Assembly: GCA_963819655.1 (NCBI GenBank)
Contig: CAWFXA010000002.1
Location: forward strand, 1,015,361-1,079,360
DNA: 64,000 nucleotides
Source of the DNA: an uncultured Chloroflexia bacterium
GTDB lineage: Bacteria > Chloroflexota > Limnocylindria > Limnocylindrales > CSP1-4
Direction: 5' to 3'
Below the pieces are notes generated by a model that had not been told where the DNA came from, made no database searches, and was given only the letters and a program-made list of their open reading frames with translations. Both the position numbers and the translations under genes were made by a program. This document shows, in pieces, positions 9,673 through 19,338 of the stretch. Position 1 is the stretch's first letter. Each line of letters starts with the position of its first letter.

Positions 9673-10206
9673 CTAGGCGCTGCCGCCCGGCCCTCCGCGC
9701 ACGACGATCAGCGCTGCCGCCTCGAGCGGACTGCGCAGGATGACCACCGGGTCGAAGCCCTCGAGCGTCAGCAGCCCGCCGTCGACCGTCGTGCGGATGG
9801 CCGCCAGGTGTCGGTCGACGACGTCGGGGTCGACGGTCCGCCGTCGCGCGGCGTTCTGGGCCAGGACCGTCTCGGCGTCGAGGTCGAGCACGATCGCTGC
9901 CGCCGGGAAGCCCAGGCCTTGCGCCCGTCGGATCAAGGGACGGCGCGCGCTGGCCGCGAGGTTCGTCGCATCGACGACGGTCAGTCGGCCAGCCCCGAGC
10001 CGCCTATCCACGGTCCGATGAAGGATGCGGAACGCCAACTTCGACGCGGTCTGGTCGTCTTCGTCACCGGACACCACGGCGCGCAGCGCGTCGGACGAGA
10101 CGATCTCGTCGGGCGCGAACAGTCGCGCCGCGAGAGTCGATTTGCCCGCGCCGGCCGCCCCGACGAGCACGACGAGCGACGGATCCGGGATGACCAGGGT
10201 CGACAC
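9673..10206 (-). CDS. P-loop NTPase / AAA_33-type kinase-like protein
   Basis: Walker A GAAGAGKST near the N-terminus; 177 aa. Confidence 0.7.
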   Translation of the reverse strand: MSTLVIPDPSLVVLVGAAGAGKSTLAARLFAPDEIVSSDALRAVVSGDEDDQTASKLAFRILHRTVDRRLGAGRLTVVDATNLAASARRPLIRRAQGLGFPAAAIVLDLDAETVLAQNAARRRTVDPDVVDRHLAAIRTTVDGGLLTLEGFDPVVILRSPLEAAALIVVRGGPGGSA

Positions 10207-10265
10207 CCGTCGATGATGCCGCGCCGGGGCCGGTCGGGTGATCGGCCGGCGCTATGACCTGGACG

Positions 10266-11138
10266 CTACGCCGTCGCCGCTCGGCGGACCTCGTAGCCGC
10301 CTCCCTCCGCGGGACGGATCTCATAGCTCGGCTGGTCGTAGACGGTCGGGCCTCGTCGAGCGAGGCCGTCGACCAGTCGGTATCGCGAGAAGTGCCAGGG
10401 GCACTCGATGCAGCCGTCGACCAGCCGGCCCTCGTTCAAGGGGCCCCCGGCATGAGCGCACACGTTGTGCATCGCGTGAAGGGTGCCCCCGATGCGCACC
10501 ACCACGAGGTCGTTGATGCCGGCGCGCATCTTGGTCGGCGTCGCCTCGGGAAGGTGATCGAGATCGGTCACGGTGCCCGTATCGAGACGGACCCATCTGG
10601 TGCCCGCCCCGCGGAACGCATGGCGGCTGACCATGTTGCCGAGCAGGTACACGACGTCTCCGCCGACGAACGCCCCTGCGCTCACGATCAGGAACCCGAT
10701 GATCGACAGCGCGATCGGCACGGTCCGGTCGACGGGCGCGCCGGCGCGCATCAGTGCTGACACGATCAGCACGAGCAGGGTCACGGTCATCAAGGACGCG
10801 TGCAGCGTCGCTCGGGTCAGTGGCGTGCCGGTCGTCTCGCTGTAGTCGGCCAGGCCCGACAGCGCCGCGAGGACCATGAACACGATCGTCCCGATCAGGA
10901 CGATGTCAGCCGCGGTCGGCTGGCCGAGCACATCCAGGATGACGACCCCGAGCAGCATGCCGATCGGGATGTCGGTCGACGCCGCATGGAGTGGGTGGCC
11001 GAGCCAGCGGCCGTTGAGCAGGTCCCGGATCGGCGGCATCGCGCGGAACAGCGCCGAGGTCCAGCGGTGGTTGAACTCCCCGAACGGCCGTGCCCAGCCG
11101 TCGTTCAGTGATACCAGTCGAGCCAGCAGTCGTGCCAT
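10266..11138 (-). CDS. Membrane protein (DUF2231-like N-terminus) fused to a Rieske [2Fe-2S] domain
   Basis: Four TM helices followed by CAHAGGPL...CIECPWHFS (CxH...CxxH Rieske ligands); GGGAGG RBS before the ATG at 11138. Confidence 0.75.
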   Translation of the reverse strand: MARLLARLVSLNDGWARPFGEFNHRWTSALFRAMPPIRDLLNGRWLGHPLHAASTDIPIGMLLGVVILDVLGQPTAADIVLIGTIVFMVLAALSGLADYSETTGTPLTRATLHASLMTVTLLVLIVSALMRAGAPVDRTVPIALSIIGFLIVSAGAFVGGDVVYLLGNMVSRHAFRGAGTRWVRLDTGTVTDLDHLPEATPTKMRAGINDLVVVRIGGTLHAMHNVCAHAGGPLNEGRLVDGCIECPWHFSRYRLVDGLARRGPTVYDQPSYEIRPAEGGGYEVRRAATA

Positions 11139-12071
11139 CGACCCACCTCCCGTTGAAGGAATCTACGCCGCGCGGGTCGTGTATGGATGCTGCAAGCGTG
11201 GCCGTCCACATTCCGTCCACACTCGGGGGAATCTCGGGGATAAGCCATCGACCATTCAGACGAAGTTCGTGGATAAGGCGGTTGTGGCCGTATCGACCCG
11301 GCGGGTACATTTCGTCCTGCCCGAAGGGGCAGGTGCGAACCGCCAGACCGCACCGAGGAGCGATCCTCGGGACGGTCCCGGAAGCCGGGTTCGATAGTCG
11401 CAAGGCCGTCGAGCGAGGATTTCGGGCGGAGCGTAATGACTCCGGACTTGTTCGGAGCCGTTGCGAGACGACGGGCGGTCCTCCCACCAGTTCCTTCGGG
11501 CGCTTTCGTGTGCGCGGGAGTCTCTTGTCGCGCTCCGATGCGCCGAAAACGTGGTTCCTGGACTGCACGACTGGGCCGAAGCGAGCGCGCCGCTGACGCT
11601 CCGCAGCGCCCGACCGTGTCTGTGAGCGCGGAATCACGCCGCAGCGCCCGATCGTCTTTGAAGCACGGATCTCGCCGCAGCGTCGGTCCGACCATGAACT
11701 ACGCGGATGGCAGCGTCCTTAGGTCCGGAAGAGGTCGGTTAGACCTCGCTCTGGCCCCTACCGACCAGCCATAACGCCGCTATGGATGCGCGATGTGCAT
11801 GGTCGACGGCTGTGAAGGAGTCGATGGCGGCCCGGATCTCGACATTGCGTCGCTGGGATGCGCGTACTTCATGGTTGGGGAGGGGATTCGGGAGGCCGGG
11901 CGTGATTGGGAGTCCGGGCGGGTCGCGGGCGGCCGGGCGTGGATTCGGGCGCCCGGGCGGCCAAAAGCCGTGCTCGTATCTCGCCTCGAGCCTGATCTGC
12001 AGTCTGCCAGGCATACGTTCGACCGATCGCGCCGTGTGCGCCGACATGCTCGGCACGGTAGCCTCGCGCCG
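11139..12071. other. Unusually long non-coding region; candidate structured RNA or leader
   Basis: No protein-like ORF on either strand. Contains several stable hairpins with tetraloops (CCTGCCC-GAAG-GGGCAGG near 11318; CCCGG-AAG-CCGGG near 11366; C-UUCG-G near 11492), three ~40-bp imperfect repeats of CGCCGCAGCG(C/T)C (11598-11690), and GC-rich repeats of GGCCGGGCGTG(G)ATT(C)GGG (11880-11965). Confidence 0.3.
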
Positions 12072-13331
12072 GTGACCCCGCCTCTTGACGTCCGCCCCGC
12101 CGAGGACTGGCGCCGCCTACTCGTGGTCTTCTGGCTCACGTCGATGGTCGAGGCCCTCGGCGTCAGCCAGATCTTCGCCCTGGTCCCCTCGTACCTGCGG
12201 GAGATGGGCGTTCCACAGGACGAGCGGCTGGCTTTCGTCGGCTTGTTCTCTTCACTGATCTTCGTCGTGGGCATGCCGCTCGTCCCGCTGTGGGGCGTGT
12301 GGGCCGATAAATACAGCCGCAAGGCCGTCATCGTGCGGAGCGCGCTCGTCGAGGCAGTCGTGTTCGCCGGCGTCGCTCTGTCGCGCGAACCCTGGCAGCT
12401 CGCACTGAGCATGCTGCTGATCGGCTTCCAGCTGGGCAACACCGGGGTGATGCTGGCCGGCATCCGGGACGTCACGCCACTCGCCCGACTCGGCACTGTC
12501 ATGGGCATCTTCGGTGCCTCGACCGCTGTCGGTTTGGCGCTCGGCCCGACACTCGCCGGACTGCTCATCGACGGGTTCGGCTGGTCGCTGTCGGCAGTGT
12601 TCTGGTTGTCGGCCGGCCTCTCGATCGCGACGGCCTTGCTGGTCACGTTCGGCTCACGCGAGGTGCGCCCGTCCGTGATCCCGCAGGGGCGGATCGTCAC
12701 CCTCGCGTTCGGGGCGATGCGGGCCGTTCTGACGGACGCGACCGTCCGGCGGATCTTCCTGATCTTCGGTGTCTCGTTCCTGGCGACCCAGATGAGCCGG
12801 CCATACCTTCCGGTCGTCGTGGAAGGGCTCGCCGGGACCGGCGCCGGCCTCGCGTCGGCGATCGCGCTCGTCATGGGCACTGCGGCGCTGGTCGGCGGGC
12901 TCATCGCGCCGCTCGGTGGCTGGCTGGGCGACCGCGTCGGTTTTCGACCCGTCCTCGTGGCGGCCCTCGCGGGTGGTGGCGTGGTCCTGGCACTGATGCC
13001 GTTCGTGCCGTCGGTGGCCGCGCTGGCGGGCCTCGCCGTCATCCTCGCGGCCGCGACGGCCACGGTCAGCGCGATGGTGTTCGGCATGCTTGCGACCGAC
13101 GTGCCGGCCGACCGCCGCTCCGCCACGCTCAATCTCGTCTACCTGCCGCTGTACACGGCTGGGATCATCGGGCCGGCGCTCGGCGCCGCGGTCGTCGGGC
13201 TCGGTGGATTACCCGCGCCATTCGTCCTCGGCGCGGCGGTGTTTATCGCGGGCGCGATCGTGATCGCCACGCGCCGGGCGTCGAGCACGGCGGTCGCCGC
13301 CGCTCCTGGTGCGGTCAGCCTCGATCCCTGA
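12072..13331 (+). CDS. MFS transporter (12 TMS)
   Basis: The long ORF 11793..13331 has a non-protein-like N-terminal extension. The hydrophobic MFS body begins after a GTG at 12072 (VTPPLDVRPAEDWRRLLVVFWLTSMVEALGV...). Confidence 0.75.
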   Translation: MTPPLDVRPAEDWRRLLVVFWLTSMVEALGVSQIFALVPSYLREMGVPQDERLAFVGLFSSLIFVVGMPLVPLWGVWADKYSRKAVIVRSALVEAVVFAGVALSREPWQLALSMLLIGFQLGNTGVMLAGIRDVTPLARLGTVMGIFGASTAVGLALGPTLAGLLIDGFGWSLSAVFWLSAGLSIATALLVTFGSREVRPSVIPQGRIVTLAFGAMRAVLTDATVRRIFLIFGVSFLATQMSRPYLPVVVEGLAGTGAGLASAIALVMGTAALVGGLIAPLGGWLGDRVGFRPVLVAALAGGGVVLALMPFVPSVAALAGLAVILAAATATVSAMVFGMLATDVPADRRSATLNLVYLPLYTAGIIGPALGAAVVGLGGLPAPFVLGAAVFIAGAIVIATRRASSTAVAAAPGAVSLDP

Positions 13332-13599
13332 CAGCCGGCCGGAAACGGAGGCGCCGACGGACGTCCCCCAGACGAACCGTCGGCGCATGGATGGAGCAGC
13401 CCTCTCACGCATCCATACGACGCAGCGTCGCCATCGGATCACCGGCGCGCAAGCCGTCTCATCCCGACCGACCGTTCGGGGGTTTCCCGGACGTCGCCGG
13501 GGGCAGGGCCTCTGCTAGTGTCGGGTTGAGCTCGCGGCTCGCGCGATCCGCGAGGGTTGGCTCGAGGTGCCGCCGGGTCGGGGCTAGGCCGGGTCGCGC

Positions 13600-14490
13600 C
13601 TAGATAGGCTCGACCGCAGCGTGGCTCGGCGCCCGGCCGGCCGGCCGCATTGGTGCCACAGGTTCGCGCAGCGCGATGACTGCGAGGAGCATCGACAGCC
13701 CGCCGTACCACAGGGCAGGCAGGGCCAGCATCCCGGAGACCGGCACCGTCCAGCGGCGGCCCGTCCAGGCGCCCCACACGACCAGCGCGATCGCGAACGG
13801 CAGCCGCACGACGAACGGGATCGGGATGGCGGCCCAGGTCCCGTCCCGACCCGCGACTCGGCTCAGGACCTCGCCCCATGCGAGCCAGGCATCGGGCCAC
13901 ACGAGGAACGACACCGCCACGATGGCCGCCGTGGCTCCGAGGGCGATCGCCAAGTCCCGCCATTCGCGCCGGACGACGTACCACAGCAAGCCGATGCCGG
14001 GCGTGATCTTCGTCAGCAGCACGAGCGCCCACATCCATGGCCAGCGGAACGAGAGCACGATGGCGGCGGCCAGCAGAAGGTGGATGTTCCCGCCGGCAAG
14101 TTCCATCGCACCGAGCACGATGCCGACTGCCAGCCAGCGTCGACCGGTCAGCACGTACGTCGCCCCGAGGAGGATCGCCGTCCAGGCGGCCATGAACGCC
14201 TGCCACGGCAGCACCCGGATGGGCTGCAGCAACTGCAGGAACGCCGGCGAGTAGACGTAGGCGATCGGATCGGTCCAGTCGGACCGGGCGTACGGGTCTG
14301 CGAGGGTCGGGAACCAGTAGCAGTAGGCGTCCTGGCCGGTCCCCCACAGGCGACCCCACGGGGACGAGAACGCGACGATCGCCGCCCACGCGACGACGGC
14401 CATGCCCGGGCCGACCCATGGATGCCGATCGAGCCAGTGCCCGAGGCCCCTGGTCCACCCCTGGAACCGGTCGGCGAGGGGTCCGGTCAT
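13600..14490 (-). CDS. Glycosyltransferase family 87 / DUF2029 integral membrane protein (mannosyltransferase-like)
   Basis: 296 aa, polytopic and Trp-rich, as in GT87/PimE-like proteins. Confidence 0.65.
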   Translation of the reverse strand: MTGPLADRFQGWTRGLGHWLDRHPWVGPGMAVVAWAAIVAFSSPWGRLWGTGQDAYCYWFPTLADPYARSDWTDPIAYVYSPAFLQLLQPIRVLPWQAFMAAWTAILLGATYVLTGRRWLAVGIVLGAMELAGGNIHLLLAAAIVLSFRWPWMWALVLLTKITPGIGLLWYVVRREWRDLAIALGATAAIVAVSFLVWPDAWLAWGEVLSRVAGRDGTWAAIPIPFVVRLPFAIALVVWGAWTGRRWTVPVSGMLALPALWYGGLSMLLAVIALREPVAPMRPAGRAPSHAAVEPI

Positions 14491-14582
14491 CGCATCCCGT
14501 GCCGTACCATTCCGCCGTGCCCAACCTGCCTTTTCCGCGCGGCCCGCGCCGTCGTCGCCCCGGTGACGAGGCGGACGTCGTC

Positions 14583-15512
14583 ATGCCCGAGATCGTGGCG
14601 GATCCGGACATCATCGAGGCTGCCGGCATCCGCTGGATCCACATCGAGTCGCCGCGCACCGCCGACCGCGACTGGTTGGAAGAGCACTACGATTTCCACC
14701 CGCTCGACTATGAGGACGTCTTCTCGCGCAACCAGCGCCCGAAGCTCGACCAGTACGACGACTACGTCTTCATCGTGCTGCACTTCCCACTCTTCGACAA
14801 GGACAGCGGGCGCATCCTGACGGCCGAGCTCGACCTGTTCATGGGGCCCGACTACGTCATCACACTGCCCAACATCCCGCTGCCGCCGCTGTCGGCCATG
14901 TTCGAGCGCTACCGGGAGAAGGACGACCTGCGCCAGGAGATCTTTGCGCAGGGCCCTGGCTACCTCCTGTACAAGATCGTCGACACCGGGGTCGATGCGT
15001 CGTTCCCCATGCTGCGCAAGACGCTGCTCAAGCTGGAGCGGCTCGAGGACGACATCTTCGAGGGCCGCTCGTCGGAGATCGTGCGCGACCTGTCCGACAC
15101 CAAGCAGGAGATCATCAACTTCCGCAAGATCGTCCGTCCGCAGCGCGCGGTGTTGCGCGATCTCGAGCGCACGAAGCAGCGCTACCTCCAGGAAGGGCTG
15201 GAGATCTATTTCGATGACATCTCGGACGCGGCCGAGCGGATCTGGGAGCTGCTCGAGAATTACAAGGAGGTCATCGAGGGGCTCGAGTCGACGAACGAGT
15301 CGGTGCTGTCACATCAGCTGAACGAGTCGTTCCGGGTCCTCACCGCGGCGAGCGTCGTGCTGCTGCCGCTGACGCTCATCGCGAGCATCTTCGGGATGAA
15401 CGTGCAGTTCCCCGGCGAGGGCCAGACCATCGCGTTCTACCTGATCCTCGCGCTCATGGCGTCCGTGCTCGTCGGGCTCGTGATCCTGTTCCGCCGCCGC
15501 GGGTGGTTGTAG
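14583..15512 (+). CDS. corA: Magnesium/cobalt transporter CorA
   Basis: C-terminal two TM helices with GMN motif (FGMNVQFP). Start chosen at MPEIVADPD to avoid overlap with the divergent upstream gene. Confidence 0.85.
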   Translation: MPEIVADPDIIEAAGIRWIHIESPRTADRDWLEEHYDFHPLDYEDVFSRNQRPKLDQYDDYVFIVLHFPLFDKDSGRILTAELDLFMGPDYVITLPNIPLPPLSAMFERYREKDDLRQEIFAQGPGYLLYKIVDTGVDASFPMLRKTLLKLERLEDDIFEGRSSEIVRDLSDTKQEIINFRKIVRPQRAVLRDLERTKQRYLQEGLEIYFDDISDAAERIWELLENYKEVIEGLESTNESVLSHQLNESFRVLTAASVVLLPLTLIASIFGMNVQFPGEGQTIAFYLILALMASVLVGLVILFRRRGWL

Positions 15513-15684
15513 GCCCTGCGCCCTCCCGCATGGCCGGCGCCCTCCAGCCTGGCCTGGTGCAAATGTCAGATGCGATCCTCGAACAGATCCTTCATGACGG
15601 CTCGCCCAGACGTCATCGGTCTGCTGCCTGGGATTCGGCCACGCTCATCCATCGTGAATGTGCATCCCAGGCTTGCGCGGCCGA

Positions 15685-15754
15685 GTCGGTGGCCGCGCCG
15701 GAGACGGCCGCGCGTCAGTCGGTGGCCGCGCCGGAGACGGCGCCCCGCGTCTGA
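15685..15754. repeat. Tandem direct repeat (2 x ~33 bp: GTCGGTGGCCGCGCCGGAGACGGC...)
   Basis: Read directly in the convergent intergenic region between corA and the citrate synthase gene; followed by a short inverted repeat CTGAC-CGGC-GTCAG. Confidence 0.5.
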
Positions 15755-15760
15755 CCGGCG

Positions 15761-16894
15761 TCAGGCCGGCAGGTCGCGCTCCGCGGCGCCGACATAATTC
15801 ACGTCCGGGCGGATGAGGCGATTGTTGGCCGCCTGCTCCAGGATGTGGGCGGTCCAGCCCGCGTGGCGCGCCAGCGAGAACGTCGCCGGGAACAGGTCCG
15901 GGCTCAAGCCGACCCCCATGAGGACCGGCGCCGCATAGAACTCCACGTTCGTCTTCAATGGGCGCTCGGGGTGCGTCTCGGCAAGGACCCGCAGGGCGAC
16001 GTCCTCGACCTCGATGGCGAGCTGCAGCCAGTCGGGCTTGTGCTCCATGCCCTCGGCCACCTTCCGGAGGGCCGCGGCGCGCGGGTCGTAGGCCCGGTAC
16101 ACCCGGTGACCGAAACCCATCAACCGCTCCCCGCGCTCAAGGGCATCGCGGATCCATGCCTCGGCGTGATCTGCTGAACCGACCTGCGCCAGCTGGTCGA
16201 CCACCTCCGACGGGGCCCCACCGTGGAGCGGCCCCTTCATCGTGCCGATCGCGCCGACGACGGCAGACGCGATATCGGACCGGGTCGAGGTGATCACGCG
16301 CGCCGCGAACGTCGAGGCGTTGAAGCTGTGCTCCGCCCCGACGATGAAGTACGCGTCGAGCGCCTTGGCGGTGCTCGCGTCGGGCCGCTGCCCGGTGAGC
16401 TGGTACAGGAACCCGGCGGTCAGATCGAGCTCCGGATCGGGATCGACCGGCTCCTTGCCGGCGCGCAGCCGGGCGAAGGCCGCCAGCGCCGACGGCGAGA
16501 AGGCGGTGAGGGCCCGTGCCTGCTCGACGGTCGGTGGCCAGGGCAGATCCTGCGTCGCCCCCCATGCCGACACCGCCGTCCGGAGCGCATCCATCGGCTT
16601 GGCATCCGAAGGCAGCGCACGCAAGACGTCCATGACGGCTTTCGGGACGGGCGTGGTCGGGAGCCGCTGGGACGGATCCCAGTCGCCGGTCCACAGGAGG
16701 TGCGCGACGGCCGCATACGTGCCGCGTTCGACGAGGTCGCCGATCCGATACCCGCGGTACAGCAGGCGGCCTGCGGCGCCATCGACGAACGACAGGCTGG
16801 TCTCGCCGGCGATCACGCCTTCCAGACCGGGGGAGAACGGCCGCGCGGCCTGGAGGTCCTCGGTCGAGGCGTCGGCAGGGGGAGAGTCGGTCAA
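15761..16894 (-). CDS. Citrate synthase
   Basis: 377 aa; conserved GFGHRVY and HSFNAST citrate synthase motifs. Confidence 0.9.
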   Translation of the reverse strand: MTDSPPADASTEDLQAARPFSPGLEGVIAGETSLSFVDGAAGRLLYRGYRIGDLVERGTYAAVAHLLWTGDWDPSQRLPTTPVPKAVMDVLRALPSDAKPMDALRTAVSAWGATQDLPWPPTVEQARALTAFSPSALAAFARLRAGKEPVDPDPELDLTAGFLYQLTGQRPDASTAKALDAYFIVGAEHSFNASTFAARVITSTRSDIASAVVGAIGTMKGPLHGGAPSEVVDQLAQVGSADHAEAWIRDALERGERLMGFGHRVYRAYDPRAAALRKVAEGMEHKPDWLQLAIEVEDVALRVLAETHPERPLKTNVEFYAAPVLMGVGLSPDLFPATFSLARHAGWTAHILEQAANNRLIRPDVNYVGAAERDLPA

Positions 16895-17151
16895 CGGTCC
16901 CTGTCCAGGGCGTTGAGGATGAGCCGGACGATGATCGATCCGAGCGTGGCCGCGACGACGGCGGCGATCAGCCCGTTGACCGGGCCGAAGCCCATCGACT
17001 GCGCGAGCCAGCCACCGACGATCCCTCCGACGATGCCGACGACGACGTTCGGCAGGCAGCCGCGCGCCGTCCGACCGCCGACCAGCGCGCCCGAGATGGC
17101 GCCCGCGAGGAGGCCGACGAAGATCCAGCCGAAGATCCCCAGATCAAGCAC
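16891..17151 (-). CDS. GlsB/YeaQ/YmgE-family stress-response membrane protein
   Basis: 86 aa, Gly-rich with three TM helices; 4-nt overlap with the citrate synthase start. Confidence 0.8.
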   Translation of the reverse strand: MLDLGIFGWIFVGLLAGAISGALVGGRTARGCLPNVVVGIVGGIVGGWLAQSMGFGPVNGLIAAVVAATLGSIIVRLILNALDRDR

Positions 17152-17219
17152 GGTCGGAGTATCCCACGGCTATGCCGCGCTCGGCGGACGGTGCGACGAC
17201 CGTCGCCGTCACGGTGGCT

Positions 17220-18038
17220 TCACGGCTCGGCGAGGAACGTGGCGATCACCTCGACCATCGCGTCGGGGTGGGTGTGATGGGCGGCGTGGCGCGCCCCGTC
17301 GATCACGACGACCCGCCCGTCCGCCAGTCGCTCGTCGAGCGCGACCGTGGCCTCATGGAAGGCTGGCACGCTGTCGCCGCCCAGGATCTGGAGCACCGGC
17401 TGGCGGACCCGACCGAGCGCGTCGAGCCCCGCTGCACCTGCCTTACCCTCGGCCGACAGCTCCCGTGGGATGGTGTGCGCGGCGGCGACCCGCAGCGGCC
17501 AGACGGGGTCTGCTCGGTAGGCCGCGAGAGCCGCGTCATCCATCCCGACCACGCGGCGCAGGAAGGCTTCGAGCACCGCCTCTGGGCGACCGGCGCGATC
17601 GAGATCCGCCAGCTCGCCCGCCAGGGCCGCGTCGCCATAGCGCACGTCCGGCGCCGACGGCGCCCCCTCGTAGGACACGACCCGACGGATGGACTCTGTC
17701 AGAAGCGCGGCCCCGAGGGCGCAACGACCGCCATAGGAATGACCGATCACATCGACGCGCGCCCTTGTCTCGGTGGCCACGGTGTCGGCGACGGCCGCCA
17801 CGTCCTCGAACTCCCGCTCGATGGCGTACGGCAGCGTGTCGCCCGAAGCGCCGCGACCGCGGCGGTCGATGGCCTGGACGGTGAACAGCTCGGCGAGCAT
17901 CGGCCCGATCACCCGGAAGGTGGTGTGGTCGGCAGCGGCGCCATGGACCAGGACGACCGACGGCCCCGCACCGCTCGTGAAGACGGCGATCGGCGTGCGG
18001 TCGCGCGACTCGACCAGCCGCGAGGGTGCGGCCGTCAT
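17220..18038 (-). CDS. Alpha/beta hydrolase
   Basis: GHSYGG nucleophile elbow; VVLVHGAAADH. Confidence 0.8.
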   Translation of the reverse strand: MTAAPSRLVESRDRTPIAVFTSGAGPSVVLVHGAAADHTTFRVIGPMLAELFTVQAIDRRGRGASGDTLPYAIEREFEDVAAVADTVATETRARVDVIGHSYGGRCALGAALLTESIRRVVSYEGAPSAPDVRYGDAALAGELADLDRAGRPEAVLEAFLRRVVGMDDAALAAYRADPVWPLRVAAAHTIPRELSAEGKAGAAGLDALGRVRQPVLQILGGDSVPAFHEATVALDERLADGRVVVIDGARHAAHHTHPDAMVEVIATFLAEP

Positions 18039-18538
18039 GCAGGGGGCTCGGCCGCCACCACACCACCCTCCGGACGCCAGCGGTAGAGGACATCCGGCTG
18101 GCGCTCCTCATTGCCGGACCCGTCCCCGAACGCGATGGGCACGAACCCATGGCTCTCGTAGAACCGACGGGCGTAGGCGTTGACCTGGAAGCAGTACAGG
18201 TCGAGTCCCTCCGGCCGGCGCGCCTTGGCGAGCGCGATGAAACGCCGGCCGAGACCGAGGCCGATCCACTCGGGGGCGACGTACAGCTGCTCCACCTTCG
18301 TGTCCGACAGCGCCATCACGGCGACGACCCGGCCGTCATCCCGCCGGTCTTCGGCGACCCATGTCTCGTGCTTCGGCACGAGCTCGGTCGCCAGCCAGCG
18401 GCGGACGTCGTCGTCGGGATGACTCGGCGGGAAGTCGAACGTGGCCCGCCAGGACGCCAGCCACACCTCGCCGATGTCGGGCGCGTCATCGACCTCTGCC
18501 CTCCGGATGACCAGTCGATCGCTCTCGGACGACGTCAC
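18035..18538 (-). CDS. GNAT-family N-acetyltransferase
   Basis: Acetyl-CoA binding pattern GLGLGRRFI. GTG start at 18538 overlaps the pgl stop; the ORF-track N-terminal extension is non-protein-like. Confidence 0.7.
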   Translation of the reverse strand: MTSSESDRLVIRRAEVDDAPDIGEVWLASWRATFDFPPSHPDDDVRRWLATELVPKHETWVAEDRRDDGRVVAVMALSDTKVEQLYVAPEWIGLGLGRRFIALAKARRPEGLDLYCFQVNAYARRFYESHGFVPIAFGDGSGNEERQPDVLYRWRPEGGVVAAEPPA

Positions 18539-19338
18539 CGGGCAAGTCGCGCCGCGGCCGCCTCGTCGAGAAGCCAGGTCGCGCCGTCGCGCAGCGCCAG
18601 CTGCGCGGGGAGCGCGGCCGGATCGACATCCGGCGCGAAGATGCGGCCGATGATGTCGGCCTTGCCGGCACCGGAGGCGACGACCAATACACGCTCGGCG
18701 ACCGCGACAACGGCCGGGTTGAGCGTCACGCGCTCCACATGCGGCTCGATGTGGGTCGGCGCCGGGATCGCCAGAGCCCACCGCTTCGATTCGAATGCCG
18801 CCGACCCGGGGAAGACCGACAGGATGTGCCCGTCACTGCCGACGCCGAGGAGGATGAGGTCGAAGACCGGCCAGCCATCGGTCTCCCGGAGGCCCGCCGC
18901 CCGAAGCTCCTCCACCAGCTCTGCCGCACAGGCCGCGGCGCTGCGGCCCTGGCCGATCGCCTCACCCGTCTGGAACGGGTGGACGTTGGCGACCGGGATC
19001 CGGACCCTGTCGCGATGGTCGTCCGAATGGACGCTCTCCCAACCGCCCGCCTCGAGGAGGATGTCGTCGAATGGCCGGACATTCGAGAGGGGGTGGTCCC
19101 CGGGCACGAACCGGTCGTCGCCCCACCAGGTGTGGACGTCACGCCATGGCATCCGGGCCCGGAGATCCGGTGTGAGCATCGCCTTGTAGATCCCGATCGG
19201 GGCGGTACCGCCGGTCGTCGCCCAGTCGGCGCGACCGCGCCGTGCGACGGCGCCGCTCAGCGTGTCCGCGATGATCGACGCGGCGCGAGCCGCGCCGGTC
19301 GCCTGATCCGGGACGACGACGACCTCTCGTCCGGTCAC
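18535..19338 (-). CDS. pgl: 6-phosphogluconolactonase
   Basis: DLILLGVGSDGHILSVFPGS motif; the ORF-track extension upstream of the GTG at 19338 is Arg/Gly-rich and non-protein-like. Confidence 0.8.
   Translation of the reverse strand: MTGREVVVVPDQATGAARAASIIADTLSGAVARRGRADWATTGGTAPIGIYKAMLTPDLRARMPWRDVHTWWGDDRFVPGDHPLSNVRPFDDILLEAGGWESVHSDDHRDRVRIPVANVHPFQTGEAIGQGRSAAACAAELVEELRAAGLRETDGWPVFDLILLGVGSDGHILSVFPGSAAFESKRWALAIPAPTHIEPHVERVTLNPAVVAVAERVLVVASGAGKADIIGRIFAPDVDPAALPAQLALRDGATWLLDEAAAARLAR

Noticed and set aside
11139-12071. tmRNA, RNase P RNA or SRP RNA in the long non-coding region
   Set aside because: No tag-peptide reading frame or GGTTCGATTCC...CCA 3' end (tmRNA), no GGAAAGTCCGG or P4 motifs (RNase P), and only a partial AGGTCCGGAAG match to the SRP domain IV consensus. 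The region is kept only as an unclassified structured-RNA candidate.
15530-15754. 83-aa ORF (MSDAILEQILHDG...) as a small protein
   Set aside because: Third-position GC in its first half is far below that of real genes here, and the second half is just the tandem DNA repeat read in frame.
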